A stretch of 64,000 bases of DNA from Macrostomum hystrix (Eukaryota > Animalia > Platyhelminthes), in contig CATNEN010000002.1 of NCBI GenBank assembly GCA_950097015.1, forward strand, positions 124,001 through 188,000, read 5' to 3'. Positions 50,641 through 61,800 of the stretch are shown in pieces (the stretch's first letter is position 1; the number at the start of each line of letters is the position of its first letter). The position numbers and the translations under genes are program-made. The notes below the pieces were generated by a model, which saw nothing but the letters and a program-made list of their open reading frames with translations, was not told the DNA's origin and did not search any database.

Positions 50641-51012
50641 TTGCGACTGCGAGCTCCGTGTCCGTGAGCTGCTGGTGAGCACAAAGTTGCTCTTTAATTA
50701 TTCCACTGTTTCAATTTTTGGCCCCACAACGCACATTTTAGAGTTTTCTTTAACTTCTGACTACAGATTACTCAACCCGAGCTATCTGTAAAATACACCA
50801 CAGGTTAAAGGCCCCATCTGCACCCACCCCACTGAAACTCCACAGGTGTACATCAACACACAATCTTTGCAAAAGATTATAGTGTTGGTTTAAGGGAATG
50901 AGTATTCTCAGTGAGTGCGCAAATGCCCACTAATGAGTTTTAGCTTAAAGAACATTCCCATTTGCTCAACAGCATTTGCACCTGGTTTTTATACATTGCA
51001 CTGATTCCTCTC

Positions 51013-51157
51013 TATAAAAACAGCTTTTTTTCTTTGAAACCCCGTCAAGCTCGTTCACAGACAATTTTGTCATTCAAAGCATTCTGCTTCAGGCAAAAAT
51101 AACAAAAAGTAAGTAAAGCTTCATCACTCCGATCCTAACTAACTTTCATTACTGCAG
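51013..51157 (+). promoter_or_regulatory. TATA box and short 5'-UTR intron of the DNase II gene
   Basis: TATAAAAA at 51013-51020; GTAAGT donor at 51109, CTAAC branch point, TGCAG acceptor ending 51157, ATG at 51166. Confidence 0.6.
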
Positions 51158-51165
51158 GTCACAGC

Positions 51166-52404
51166 ATGCACTGTCAGTGTCTGATACTAGTTGCATTGCT
51201 GCTGCTTGGCACTTCAGCAGTGGCGCCCAGTGCATCGCCAGCCAACGCGAGCTTCTGTCAGGTCGTCAGCGCTATCGATGGCTGCTCTGAACTGGGGTGT
51301 GGTAGCTGCACGCCTCACACGTTGCCATTAAAGGCGCGCTCTGACAAATTTAAAGGCGTTGCTAGTGCCCAACAATCGAAAACCTCAAGTTCCAGCGATG
51401 CTGTAGCAGACAAACAGCAAGTATCGGGTCTGCAGGATTCTTCCCAAGTGACTGCAGCCAGCAGTCAGAGTGTCACCGACAGCAATCATGCTTCACAAAA
51501 CTTCAGCTGCAAAGTTAATGAGAGAGAAGAAATAGACTGGTTCATAGCCATCAAGAGGCCTGGATCACATGAGCATGCTTACATTTCTACGAACAATAAG
51601 AACAATTGGATACATGCTGGTGACATCACAAGCAAAGGACCTGTGTTCGAAACTCTGAACCAGGCACTCCGGTCTCCAGATTTCGCAGACGCCTACAGTG
51701 ATAAACCCCCTAATGAAACACACAAACGAAAATACGGCCATCTGAAGGGTCTGTTCATGTTCGGCCAGTCCTCCGGCTTCTGGATGATGTACTCGGCGAG
51801 GAACTATCCAAAGTTTGAAAATGGAGGTCTTCATCAGGATGCAACACATGCGCAGTCGTTTATTTGTATCTCAGCTTCGAATACAGAGCTAACTAATCTA
51901 GCTCAAAGCTTAAGCCTCGCAAAGCCGCGATACTATCGTGGTGATGTACCAGCTGCAAATTCGAATCGAAATATTTCTGTCCATCAGTTGAAATCAAAAT
52001 CTGATAAATTATTTAAAGTCTTCATCAAACCCAAGAACAGCCCTAGAGAATGTATCTATCAGAGAATTCGACAGGAGTATAACAATGGCTTCCGCGTGCA
52101 GTCCTGGCTTAGAACGAATCCAACAGAACGATCTGCTGACGAGAATGACGTCACTAATATCGAGAGTATCAGAATGAATGTTAAAAGATCAACCGACCAG
52201 TCTAGACCCGACTTATGGCAGTGGAACACCAATAACGACCATTCCAAGTGGTGTGTTTCTAACAACATAAATCAAGCGCCCATGATAGTCTGCCTCTCCG
52301 ACCTCAACCGTAACAAAGAGCATCTCAAACAGGGCGGGGCAGCGGTCTGTCTGTCTATTCCCGATGTGTGGAGAGCATTCAATGCACTGCCACCTTTAAA
52401 CTAA
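51166..52404 (+). CDS. Deoxyribonuclease II family protein (secreted/lysosomal), divergent, 412 aa
   Basis: Signal peptide; DNase II motifs SCK...IDWFIAIKRP, YSDKPP, GHLKG (HxK 1), GFWMMYS, QSFIC, FRVQSW, DHSKW (HxK 2), CLSDLNR...GGAAVC. Intronless CDS. Confidence 0.85.
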   Translation: MHCQCLILVALLLLGTSAVAPSASPANASFCQVVSAIDGCSELGCGSCTPHTLPLKARSDKFKGVASAQQSKTSSSSDAVADKQQVSGLQDSSQVTAASSQSVTDSNHASQNFSCKVNEREEIDWFIAIKRPGSHEHAYISTNNKNNWIHAGDITSKGPVFETLNQALRSPDFADAYSDKPPNETHKRKYGHLKGLFMFGQSSGFWMMYSARNYPKFENGGLHQDATHAQSFICISASNTELTNLAQSLSLAKPRYYRGDVPAANSNRNISVHQLKSKSDKLFKVFIKPKNSPRECIYQRIRQEYNNGFRVQSWLRTNPTERSADENDVTNIESIRMNVKRSTDQSRPDLWQWNTNNDHSKWCVSNNINQAPMIVCLSDLNRNKEHLKQGGAAVCLSIPDVWRAFNALPPLN

Positions 52405-52504
52405 AAGCCCAACCGAAAATTTTGATTTCAGCTCGGTTGTTTAATTAAAGATTAAAAACATAATCAATACAATATGCTATTTGGCAAAACTGAAGTTTAG
52501 TTGA

Positions 52505-53275
52505 AGGCTGATTGTGGAGTTGTAGTCTGACAGTGGTGTTGTAGACTGACAGTGGGGTTGTAGTCTGACAGTGGTGTTGTAGACTGACAGTGGGGTTGTA
52601 GTCTGACAGTGGGGTTGTAGTCTGACAGTGGGGTTGTAGTCTGACAGTGGGGTTGTAGTCTGACAGTGGTGTTGTAGACTGAGAGTGGGGTTGTAGTCTG
52701 ACAGTGGGGTTGTAGTCTGACAGTGGGGTTGTAGTCTGACAGTGGTGTTGTAGACTGACAGTGGGGTTGTAGTCTGAGAGTCGGGTTGTAGTCTGACAGT
52801 GGGGTTGTAGTCTGACAGTGGGGTTGTAGTCTGACAGTGGTGTTGTAGACTGACAGTGGGGTTGTAGTCTGAGAGTCGGGTTGTAGTCTGACAGTGGGGT
52901 TGTAGTCTGAGAGTGGGGTTGTAGTCTGACAGTGGGGTTGTAGGCTGACAGTGGGGTTGTAGTCTGACAGTGGGGTTGTAGGCTGACAGTGGGGTTGTAG
53001 TCTGACAGTGGGGTTGTAGTCTGACAGTGGGGTTGTAGTCTGACAGTGGTGTTGTAGACTGACAGTGGGGTTGTAGTCTGACAGTGGGGTTGTAGTCTGA
53101 CAGTGGGGTTGTAGTCTGACAGTGGTGTTGTAGACTGACAGTGGGGTTGTAGTCTGAGAGTGGGGTTGTAGTCTGACAGTGGGGTTGTAGTCTGACAGTG
53201 GGGTTGTAGTCTGACAGTGGGGTTGTAGGCTGACAGTGGGGTTGTAGGCTGACAGTGGGGTTGTAAGCTGATTGT
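52505..53275. repeat. 19-bp minisatellite (TGACAGTGGGGTTGTAGTC), ~40 copies
   Basis: Direct periodicity; same family and orientation as 49190-49560. Confidence 0.95.
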
Positions 53276-53629
53276 GGGATTTGATTTGATTTTCTAACAG
53301 ATGGATATTTCATGATTTTTCATAACATTGTTACTTTTTTAAGCAATGATTACTAGTCTTCAGTAAGTCATTAAGTGTGGTAAAGGAATCAATTGTTTTA
53401 TTATGCTCTCTATTTCTTTCTTGTTAATTTTAATGGCTAAAGAATAGCATACTAATTAATTGTATACAGGGCTCACTGAGTTATTATTGTTATTGTTTAT
53501 TATTGTTATTATTGCTTTTATTCAATATAGTTCTGCTTTCAAAAATTCTGTTTTCAGCTCTTATTTCTTTACATAATCAGTGCAGAATTGGATCAGAATT
53601 GGAACCAAATTGGAACACCATTGGAAGAG

Positions 53630-54260
53630 TGCCTGGTAGAGTGGCAGTGTCTGGTAGAGGGGCGGTATCTGGTAGAGGGGCGGTATCTGGTAGAGTGGCA
53701 GTATCTGGTAGAGGGGCGGTATCTGGTAGAGTGGCAGTATCTGGTAGTGGCAGTGTCTGGTAGAGTGGCAGTATCTGATAGAGTGGCAGAATCTGGTAGA
53801 GTGGCAGTATCTGGTAGAGTGGCAGTATCTGGTAGAGGGGCGGTATCTGGTAGAGTGGCAGTATCTGGTAGTGGCAGTGTCTGGTAGAGGGGCAGTATCT
53901 GATAGAGGGGCGGTATCTGGTAGAGTGGCAGTATCTGATAGAGGGGCGGTATCTGGTAGAGTGGCAGTATCTGGCAGAGTGGCAGTATCTGGTAGAGTGG
54001 CAGTGCCGGGTAGAGTGGCAGTGCCTGGTAGAGTGGCAGTATCTGGTAGAGTGGCAGTATCTGGTAGAGTGGCAGTATCTGATAGAGGGGCGGTATCTGG
54101 TAGAGTGGCAGTATCTGGTAGAGTGGCAGTGCCTGGTAGAGTGGCAGTGCCTGGTAGAGTGGCAGTATCTGGTAGAGTGACAGTATCTGGTAGAGTGGCA
54201 GTGCCTGGTGGCAGTATCTGGTAGAGGGGCAATGCCTGGTAGAATGGCAGTATCTGGCAG
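53630..54260. repeat. 18-bp minisatellite (GGTAGAGTGGCAGTATCT), ~35 copies
   Basis: Direct periodicity. Confidence 0.94.
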
Positions 54261-54869
54261 TGTCTGTAGTCAGCAAATAACTAAGACAAGAAGCCATTAA
54301 GCCAGACCCAATTCGAACTTTTGAGCTGTGAACAATGGTCATTATGCGCACAAAAAACTTCAACACCCGAATAATGCAAAACAGTTGCAGAATAAACTTG
54401 AACACGCGCAGAAAAAATATTTATTGCTGTCTTTCGAACCAATAATATATGTGAAACTGAAATAACACAGACAACCGCAGCTACGAGTAGAAAGCAACTA
54501 TTACACAATACAATCGGACAATTGTTTAAGCAGCATTTCTCTAGCTACGCTCGTTGCAGACACCGTGCTATAATTAACTCGTTACCGCATTCGGAATTCG
54601 TAAATTTCTGTAGCTAGCATGAAACATTAGCTACAATGTGCAAGCAAGTACTTATTTTATTCACTAATTAATAATAAGCATCATGTAAAAGAGCTAATAA
54701 GGAAACAGGACAATACAAGGTCTGTAAACTTATTGAAATTGTCAAATCTTTGTGATACATCTCGGAAGGTGAGCAGTACAGAAAACTGGGGCTGTTATAT
54801 GCCAATTCAATCAGGACAAAATGACCGAAAAATAATCAAGAAATATGCTTTGCAATAACACAATTTGCT

Positions 54870-55615
54870 AGCTGTAAATTCTGCTGCGGATCCTGCTGCG
54901 ATTCTAGCTGCGGATCCTGCTGCGATTCTAGCTGCGGATCCTGCTGCGATTCTATCTGCGGATCCTGCTGCGATTCTATCTGCGGATCCTGCTGCGATTC
55001 TAGCTATGTATTCTGCAACGATTCTAGCTGCGGATCCTGCTGCGATTCTAGCTACAGATCCTGCTACGATTCTATCTGCGGATCCTTCTGCGATTCTAGC
55101 TGCGGATCCTGCTGCTATTCTAGCTGCAGATCCTGCAACGATTCTAGCTGCGGATACTGCTGCGATTCTAGCTGCGGATTCTGCTGCGATTCTAGCTGCG
55201 GATCCTTCTACGATTCTAGCTGCGGATCCTGCTGCGATTCTAGCTGCGGATCCTTCTACGATTCTAGCTGCAGATCCTGCTGCGATTCTAGCTGCAGATC
55301 CTGCAACGATTCTAGCTGCGGATACTGCTGCGATTCTAGCTGCGGATTCTGCTGCGATTCTAGCTGCGGATCCTTCTACGATTCTAGCTGCGGATCCTTC
55401 TACGATTCTAGCTGCAGATCCTGCTGCGATTCTAGCTGCGGATCCTGCTGCGATTCTAGCTGCAGATCCTGCAACGATTCTAGCTGCGGATACTGCTGCG
55501 ATTCTAGCTGCGGATTCTGCTGCGATTCTAGCTGCGGATCCTTCTGCAATTCTAGCTGCGGATCCTGCTGCGATTCTAGCTGCGGATCCTGTTACGATTC
55601 TAGCTGCAGATCCCG
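54870..55615. repeat. 24-bp minisatellite (GATTCTAGCTGCGGATCCTGCTGC), ~31 copies
   Basis: Direct periodicity (AAILAADP pseudo-ORF). Confidence 0.94.
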
Positions 55616-55843
55616 CTAAATTCTGGCAGTCAGCTTTGGTACTTTTGTGAAAGTAGCTAATATATTATAGCAAGTAAAATTAAATTTCTTAAGCGTCCTC
55701 GAACAGTAAAATTTATAAGAAATTCAAATTCCATTGCTATTTTAATTCTCTCTATTAGACAGAAAATCAAAACAGATGTCTATATGCACAGATAAGTTGT
55801 AATGGGCTAAGAGTCTTTCATTTGTTCAAATATTCGGCACGCA

Positions 55844-58800
55844 CTACTTAGTATAGTAGACGCGATAGTACAGCCACTTTGAGCGCCATAGCGAGTATGA
55901 GTTGTCGAACTTGAGCAGGTACACACCCCGGCCAGGGTACTGGTGACTGCCGCAGTACACCTCCTCGTGACAGTCGCGCCGAAACACCGGAATGATTTCG
56001 TCGACGGCTTTGTCGTCTTCGTTTCGGCGACGTTTGGACGAACCGTTTGGGCCGTCTAAGTCGGAAAGGGTCGGGTGGTAGATAGAGTGGTCAACTAGCC
56101 CCTAAAAACAAAATACTAAAGGGGGTCACTAACCTATCAACCAACCAAAGGGGTCATTGACCCACCATAATTGAAAAGGAGGTCGTCCTACTATCATCCT
56201 ACTAACGGGAGGTCATTGACCTATCATCCTACTAAAGGGAGGTCATTGAACTATCATCCTACTAAAGGGAGGTCATTGAACTATCATCCTACTAAAGGGA
56301 GGTCATTGAACTATCATCCTACTAAAGGGAGGTCATTGACCTATCATCCTACTAACGGGAGGTCATTGACCTATAATCCTACTAAAGGGAGGTCATTGAC
56401 CTATCATCCTACTGAAGGGAGGTCATTGACCTATCATCCTACTAAAGGGGTCATTGGCCAATCATGTTAATAAAGTGGTCATATGAGCTACCATATGAAG
56501 GTCAATTGACCCCCCAAAAAGCAGATCATGGAGTGCTCACCTCCAGCAGTCACCTGCTCGCCTTCCTCAGCGGCGGCGTCGGCTCCGCCGCTATCCTCGT
56601 GATTGTCTTCGTCGTCTTCCTCGTCGGAGCTCTCGCTGATGTGCACGGTAACGCGATCCGACGGCGAGATGGTCCACTCGAAGTACACACCGAAGCCAAT
56701 GTCGTAGTGGTCTGTGGCGAACTCCCAAACTATACAGGAGCCCTCCTCGTGAGTTGGCACCCGGACCTAAAATTAATAGCAGAATAAAGAAGAAAGTAGC
56801 ATTTGATTTTTAACTACTTACAATTCTCAGTAGTAAGTATGGAATTTTATAACTTTTTTTCAGATTAAAAATCTCAATTGCCAAGCATTTTGCCACTGCC
56901 TCATTATGCTCTTAAGAAGCGAAACTAGATTAAAAAGCAATCACTACAGTTTAAAAGCAGAAACGGTATCGAAAAGTAAAAAATTGATTAGAAAAGCGAC
57001 CGATAAATAAATTTCGGAATTGTGCAAAAATATTATGTTTCACCTCAGTGTTCGAAAAATGTTAGTTTAATCAGAACAAATTTAAAAGACAAACGAATCT
57101 GATTTTGAGTCTAAACAAATCACCTTATATTACTGGTCAGTAGTATTATGGAGCTTAAAGAAAACATCGTCAACTCGAGCATGAAATTTTTTTAATTCAC
57201 TTTTTTGTTTTCTAATTATTATTAGAAAAAAGAAAGCACAAGGTGTGTCTTCTGGTCTCGATTATTGGTGTAAAGGGGACCGATCTCACGGATCTCACCC
57301 TAAATCTCACGGATCTCACCCTAAATCTCACGGATCTCACCCTAAATCTCAGGGATCTCACACAAAATCTCAGGGATCTTAACCTGAATCTCACGGATCT
57401 CAACCTTAATCTCACGGATCTCACTTGAAATCTCACGGATCTCACTTGAAATCTTACGGATCTCACTTGAAATCTGACGGATCTCACTTGAAATCTCAGG
57501 GATCTCACTTGAAATCTCACGGATCTCACTTGAAATCTTACGGATCTCACTTGAAATCTCACGGATCTCACACAAAATCTCACGGATCTCACACTAAATC
57601 TCACGGATCCGACCCTAAATATCACGGATCTCACCATAAATCTCACGGATTCACACTAAATTTTAAAGATCCCACACAAAATCTCACGGATCTCAAAAAA
57701 AATCTCACAGATCTCAACTTAGATCTCATCGTGAAACATATGTCAGTCTGTAATAAAAACTAAAACTTTTGATCTGAATAAAAACAATCAACAAAATAAA
57801 AAACTTGACAATGCCACCGTTGCCACACGGAAGTGAGGCTACTGCCGCAAATAGTGTTCATGTTCTTACTGTCACAACCTCCCCTGGCCCGATTTTAAGC
57901 TTGGCATCAGAATCGGCGGACAGTCGGGCTTTGAACTGAGCGGCGCTCAGCTCTTTGTCGCACCACATGCTTGGCGCGGCCATTAGTGTACTGGAGGAGC
58001 CAATCGCTGGGCCAGTCGATGCCAAACTGCCATTGCTTCCAGCGATATTGGCGGCCGCAGCCCCTGTTAACGCTGCAAATGGCGGGCAGTCGTCCGGAAT
58101 AATTAATTTAATAGCTATTTTTGCATACACTACTTATACATATCACTCTACTATTAGTAGCGAATTTGGGACATCGGACATATGCAACTACTATTAAAAC
58201 AACGAAGTGCAAAGAAAATGAAAGTTTCTTAGAGCACACGCGTTTAAGAAAATGCCAGATAAAATATTTCAACGGTTCAAGTAAAAAGATCTTGCATAGC
58301 AATGGCAGAATTTCTAGCAGATGCCGAGAAACTTTGATACAAAGCATAAATAAACAAATATAAACGGAAGAAAATGCAAAATTATTAGTAGCAACCATTT
58401 TTCTGCGACATGCGGTCACTATAACAACGAGAAAATGGAAAATGCTTGGCAATGAAAGTTTTACTGTATTTCGTTTGATAAGTTAATTTTTTAGAAAATT
58501 GATTTCCCTGTCTGGGCAGCATCTCTGAGTATAATAATGGGATCTTGAGAAATTTGAATTCTTAGAAAATCATGATTCTAGGAATGAGGAAATTCAGGTA
58601 TCTAAGTAATTTCGTAATTTCGGGAGTTACCGTGGCGGTTGCCAGGGAGCCAATTTTGATGCAGCAGTGCCGGCTGTCGCGCAGAATGTCCTTTTTGAAG
58701 TCGGCCAAGTTGCCTCGAGTCCACATGCTGGCTGGAATGAGTTCAGCCTGCTGCTGCTGCTGTTGCTGCTCGAGCGAATTCGGATCTGGGAAGATTCGAC

Positions 58801-61800
58801 AGCGGAGTCCAACAACATTTGGAGGCTGGTGTGATGACAAACTGAATGACTTGATTAGGCTGGTGTGATGACAAACTGAATGACTTGATTAGGCTGGTGT
58901 GATGACAAACTGAATGACTTGATGAGGCTGGTGTGATGACAAACTGAATGACTTGATGAGGCTGGTGTGATGACAAACTGAATGACTTGATGAGGCTGGT
59001 GTGATGACGGACTGAATGACTTGATGAGGCTGGTGTGATGACAAACTGAATGACTTGATGAGGCTGGTGTGATGACAAACTGAATGACTTGATGAGGCTG
59101 GTGTGATGACAAACTGAATGACTTGATGAGGCTGGTGTGATGACAAACTGAATGACTTGATGAGGCTGGTGTGATGACAAACTGAATGACTTGATGAGGC
59201 TGGTGTGATGACAAACTGAATGACTTGATTAGGCTGGTGTGATGACAAACTGAATGACTTGATGAGGCTGGTGTGATGACAAACTGAATGACTTGATGAG
59301 GCTGGTGTGATGACAAACTGAATGACTTGATTAGGCCAGTCTGATGATAAACTGAATGACTAACGAAGTTAATGCAGAACAAGTGAAAAAAAACTTAAGT
59401 ATCAGCAAAAGCAAAAAAACAATAAAAGGCTAAAAGATAACCAGAAAAATACTAAACCAACACGAAAGTTCATTCATATGATCATCATTTCGCAGTACAT
59501 TACAGACTCAAAAATATTGTTTTCGAAAAAATAGCAACCACCTAATGTTGTGTCGAATCAAAAATTTAAATGATTTCGGCAGAGAAACCTGATTATTGTG
59601 ATACTTGCTTACCTTCTGCAGCTGATTCATTGGATGCAGCTCGTTCATCTGTCAAAGAATTACTGAGATCAGCACCATGGATTTGTTGTTGAGTTTGATG
59701 ATTTTGCTGCTGCTGCTGCTGTTGCTTCGCCTGCTCCTCCTGATGCCGCAGCTGCTGCTGGTACACCTGGCTAATGTACTGCTGATAGTGCTGCTCTTGA
59801 AGCTGGGCTATCAGCTCAGCCTGTTTGCCAGCATCGGTTGGATGCTGCTCTGCCGCGTACTGGCGAAACTGCACAGCCGTCTGCTGGTTGAGGGCTGCTC
59901 GGATCTGAGCTCTGAAAGAAGGGGTTGGGGGACAGGCCGCTTCTGTTGAATTGAGAATGCAGTTCATATAAGAGACTAGGAAGTGGGAATGAGTGAAGGA
60001 AGAGGAATTGGAGTGACAGAACGAGAAATAGAGTGGCAGAAGGGAAATTGGAGTGACAGAAAGAGAAATGGAGTGACAGAAAGAGAAATGGAGTGACAGA
60101 AGGGGAATTGGAGTGACAGAAAGAGAAATGGAGTGACAAAAATGGGATTTGGAGTGACAGAAAGAGAAATGGAGTGACAGAAGGGGAATTGGAGTGACAG
60201 AAAGAGAAATGGAGTGACAGAAGGGGAATTGGAGTGACAGAAAGAGAAATGGAGTGACAGAAGGGGAATTGGAGTGACAGAAAGAGAAATAGAGTGACAG
60301 AAGGGGAATTGGAGTGACAGAAAGAGAAATGGAGTGACAGAAGGGGAATTGGAGTGACAGAAAGAGAAATAGAGTGACAGAAGGGGAATTGGAGTGACAG
60401 AAAGAGATGACAGAAGGGATAGTGGAGTGACAGAAGGGGTAGTGGAGTGACAGAAAGGGTAGTGGAATGACAGAAAAGGTAGTGGAGTGACAGAAGGGGT
60501 AGTGGAGTGACAGAAGGGGAAGTGGAGTGACAGAAAAGGTAGTGGAGTGACAGAAGGGGTAGTGGAGTGACAGAAGGGGTAGTGGAGTGACAGAAGGGGA
60601 AGTGGAGTGACAGATGGGGAAGTGGCGTGACAGATGGTGAAGCGGAGTGACGGAAGGTAAAGCGGAGTGACAGACGGGGAAGTGGCGTGACAGATGGTGA
60701 AGCGGAGTGACAGATGGTGAAGCGGAGTGACAGAATTTAAAGTGCAATGGCAGCACTCACTCCTGCTGATGCCTACGAGAATCGTCTCGGCTGTTATTCG
60801 CAGGCGCGGGTCCGCCAGTTGGACTAGCTGGCGAGTTGCCGGACGCATTGCTGGCTGATTTTAGTTTGGCCTCTGCTGCAGCCATCTCCTCCGCTTGCTT
60901 CTGCAGCTGCTGCTGCTTCTGCAACTCCAGTTCAAGCTGTTTCTGTCGTTCAGCTTCGCGTCTGCTTATTGGTGATCAATTTTTAAGCAAATTATAAAGT
61001 TAATTTTATAAAAAAATCCCGACTCCCATCTTACAATTTTTCTTCCGCTTCCTCCTTGAGTTTCTGCTCCCTGGCTCGCTTCTCGTTCAGATGCGCCTCG
61101 AGGTAGGGGGCGAGCAGGGGACAGGCGCGGTCCAGGATCTCCACGAACTTCTCCTGGGCTCGCTCGCGACTCAAATCTCCGAGAGCCTGCCAGGTTGCTC
61201 TGCAAGTGGAGGCGAATAAAATGGGATCTGACTGGTGTGTCTGACACAATGGGATCTGACTGGTGTGTGTCTGACACAATGGGATCTGACTGGTGTGTGT
61301 CTGACACAATGGGATCTGACTGGTGTGTGTCTGACACAATGAGGTCTGACTAGTGTGTGTCTGACACAATGGGATCTGACTGGTGTGTGTCTGACACAAT
61401 GAGGTCTGACTGGTGTGTGTCTGACACAATGGGATCTGACTGGTGTGTGTCTGACACAATGGGATCTGACTGGTGTGTGTCTGACACAATGGGATCTGAC
61501 TGGTGTGTCTGACACAATGGGGTCTGACTGGTGTCGTGTGTCTGACACAGTGGGATCATATTGGTAAGGCAGTACTGAGATTTGACTTAAAACTCACTTT
61601 CGATCACTGCCAACCACATCAAGCCAGCCAACACCAGGCGAAGCGTCAGCTTTATATGGGCCATGTGCCACCTGTTTGCAGTGGGCCGCCAACTGCAGAC
61701 GATCCTGATAGCTCAGATGAAATGCTTTGCCTTCTTTTTCTAAAAGAAGGATGGAATATTGACAAAGCATTTAAACGAACTTTTAAACTAATATCATTTA

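Noticed and set aside
45785-61555. Intronic minisatellites tending to be G-rich on the template strand
   Set aside because: Only about 5 of 7 arrays fit, with one tie and one exception; the sample is too small.
39203-61559. Many long low-complexity ORFs (PCLISPVSHL, FNPSDWVS, CQSVLMSI, VCRRLMT, AAILAADP etc.)
   Set aside because: They are translations of stop-free minisatellite units, open in several frames and strands, with no non-repeat coding context.
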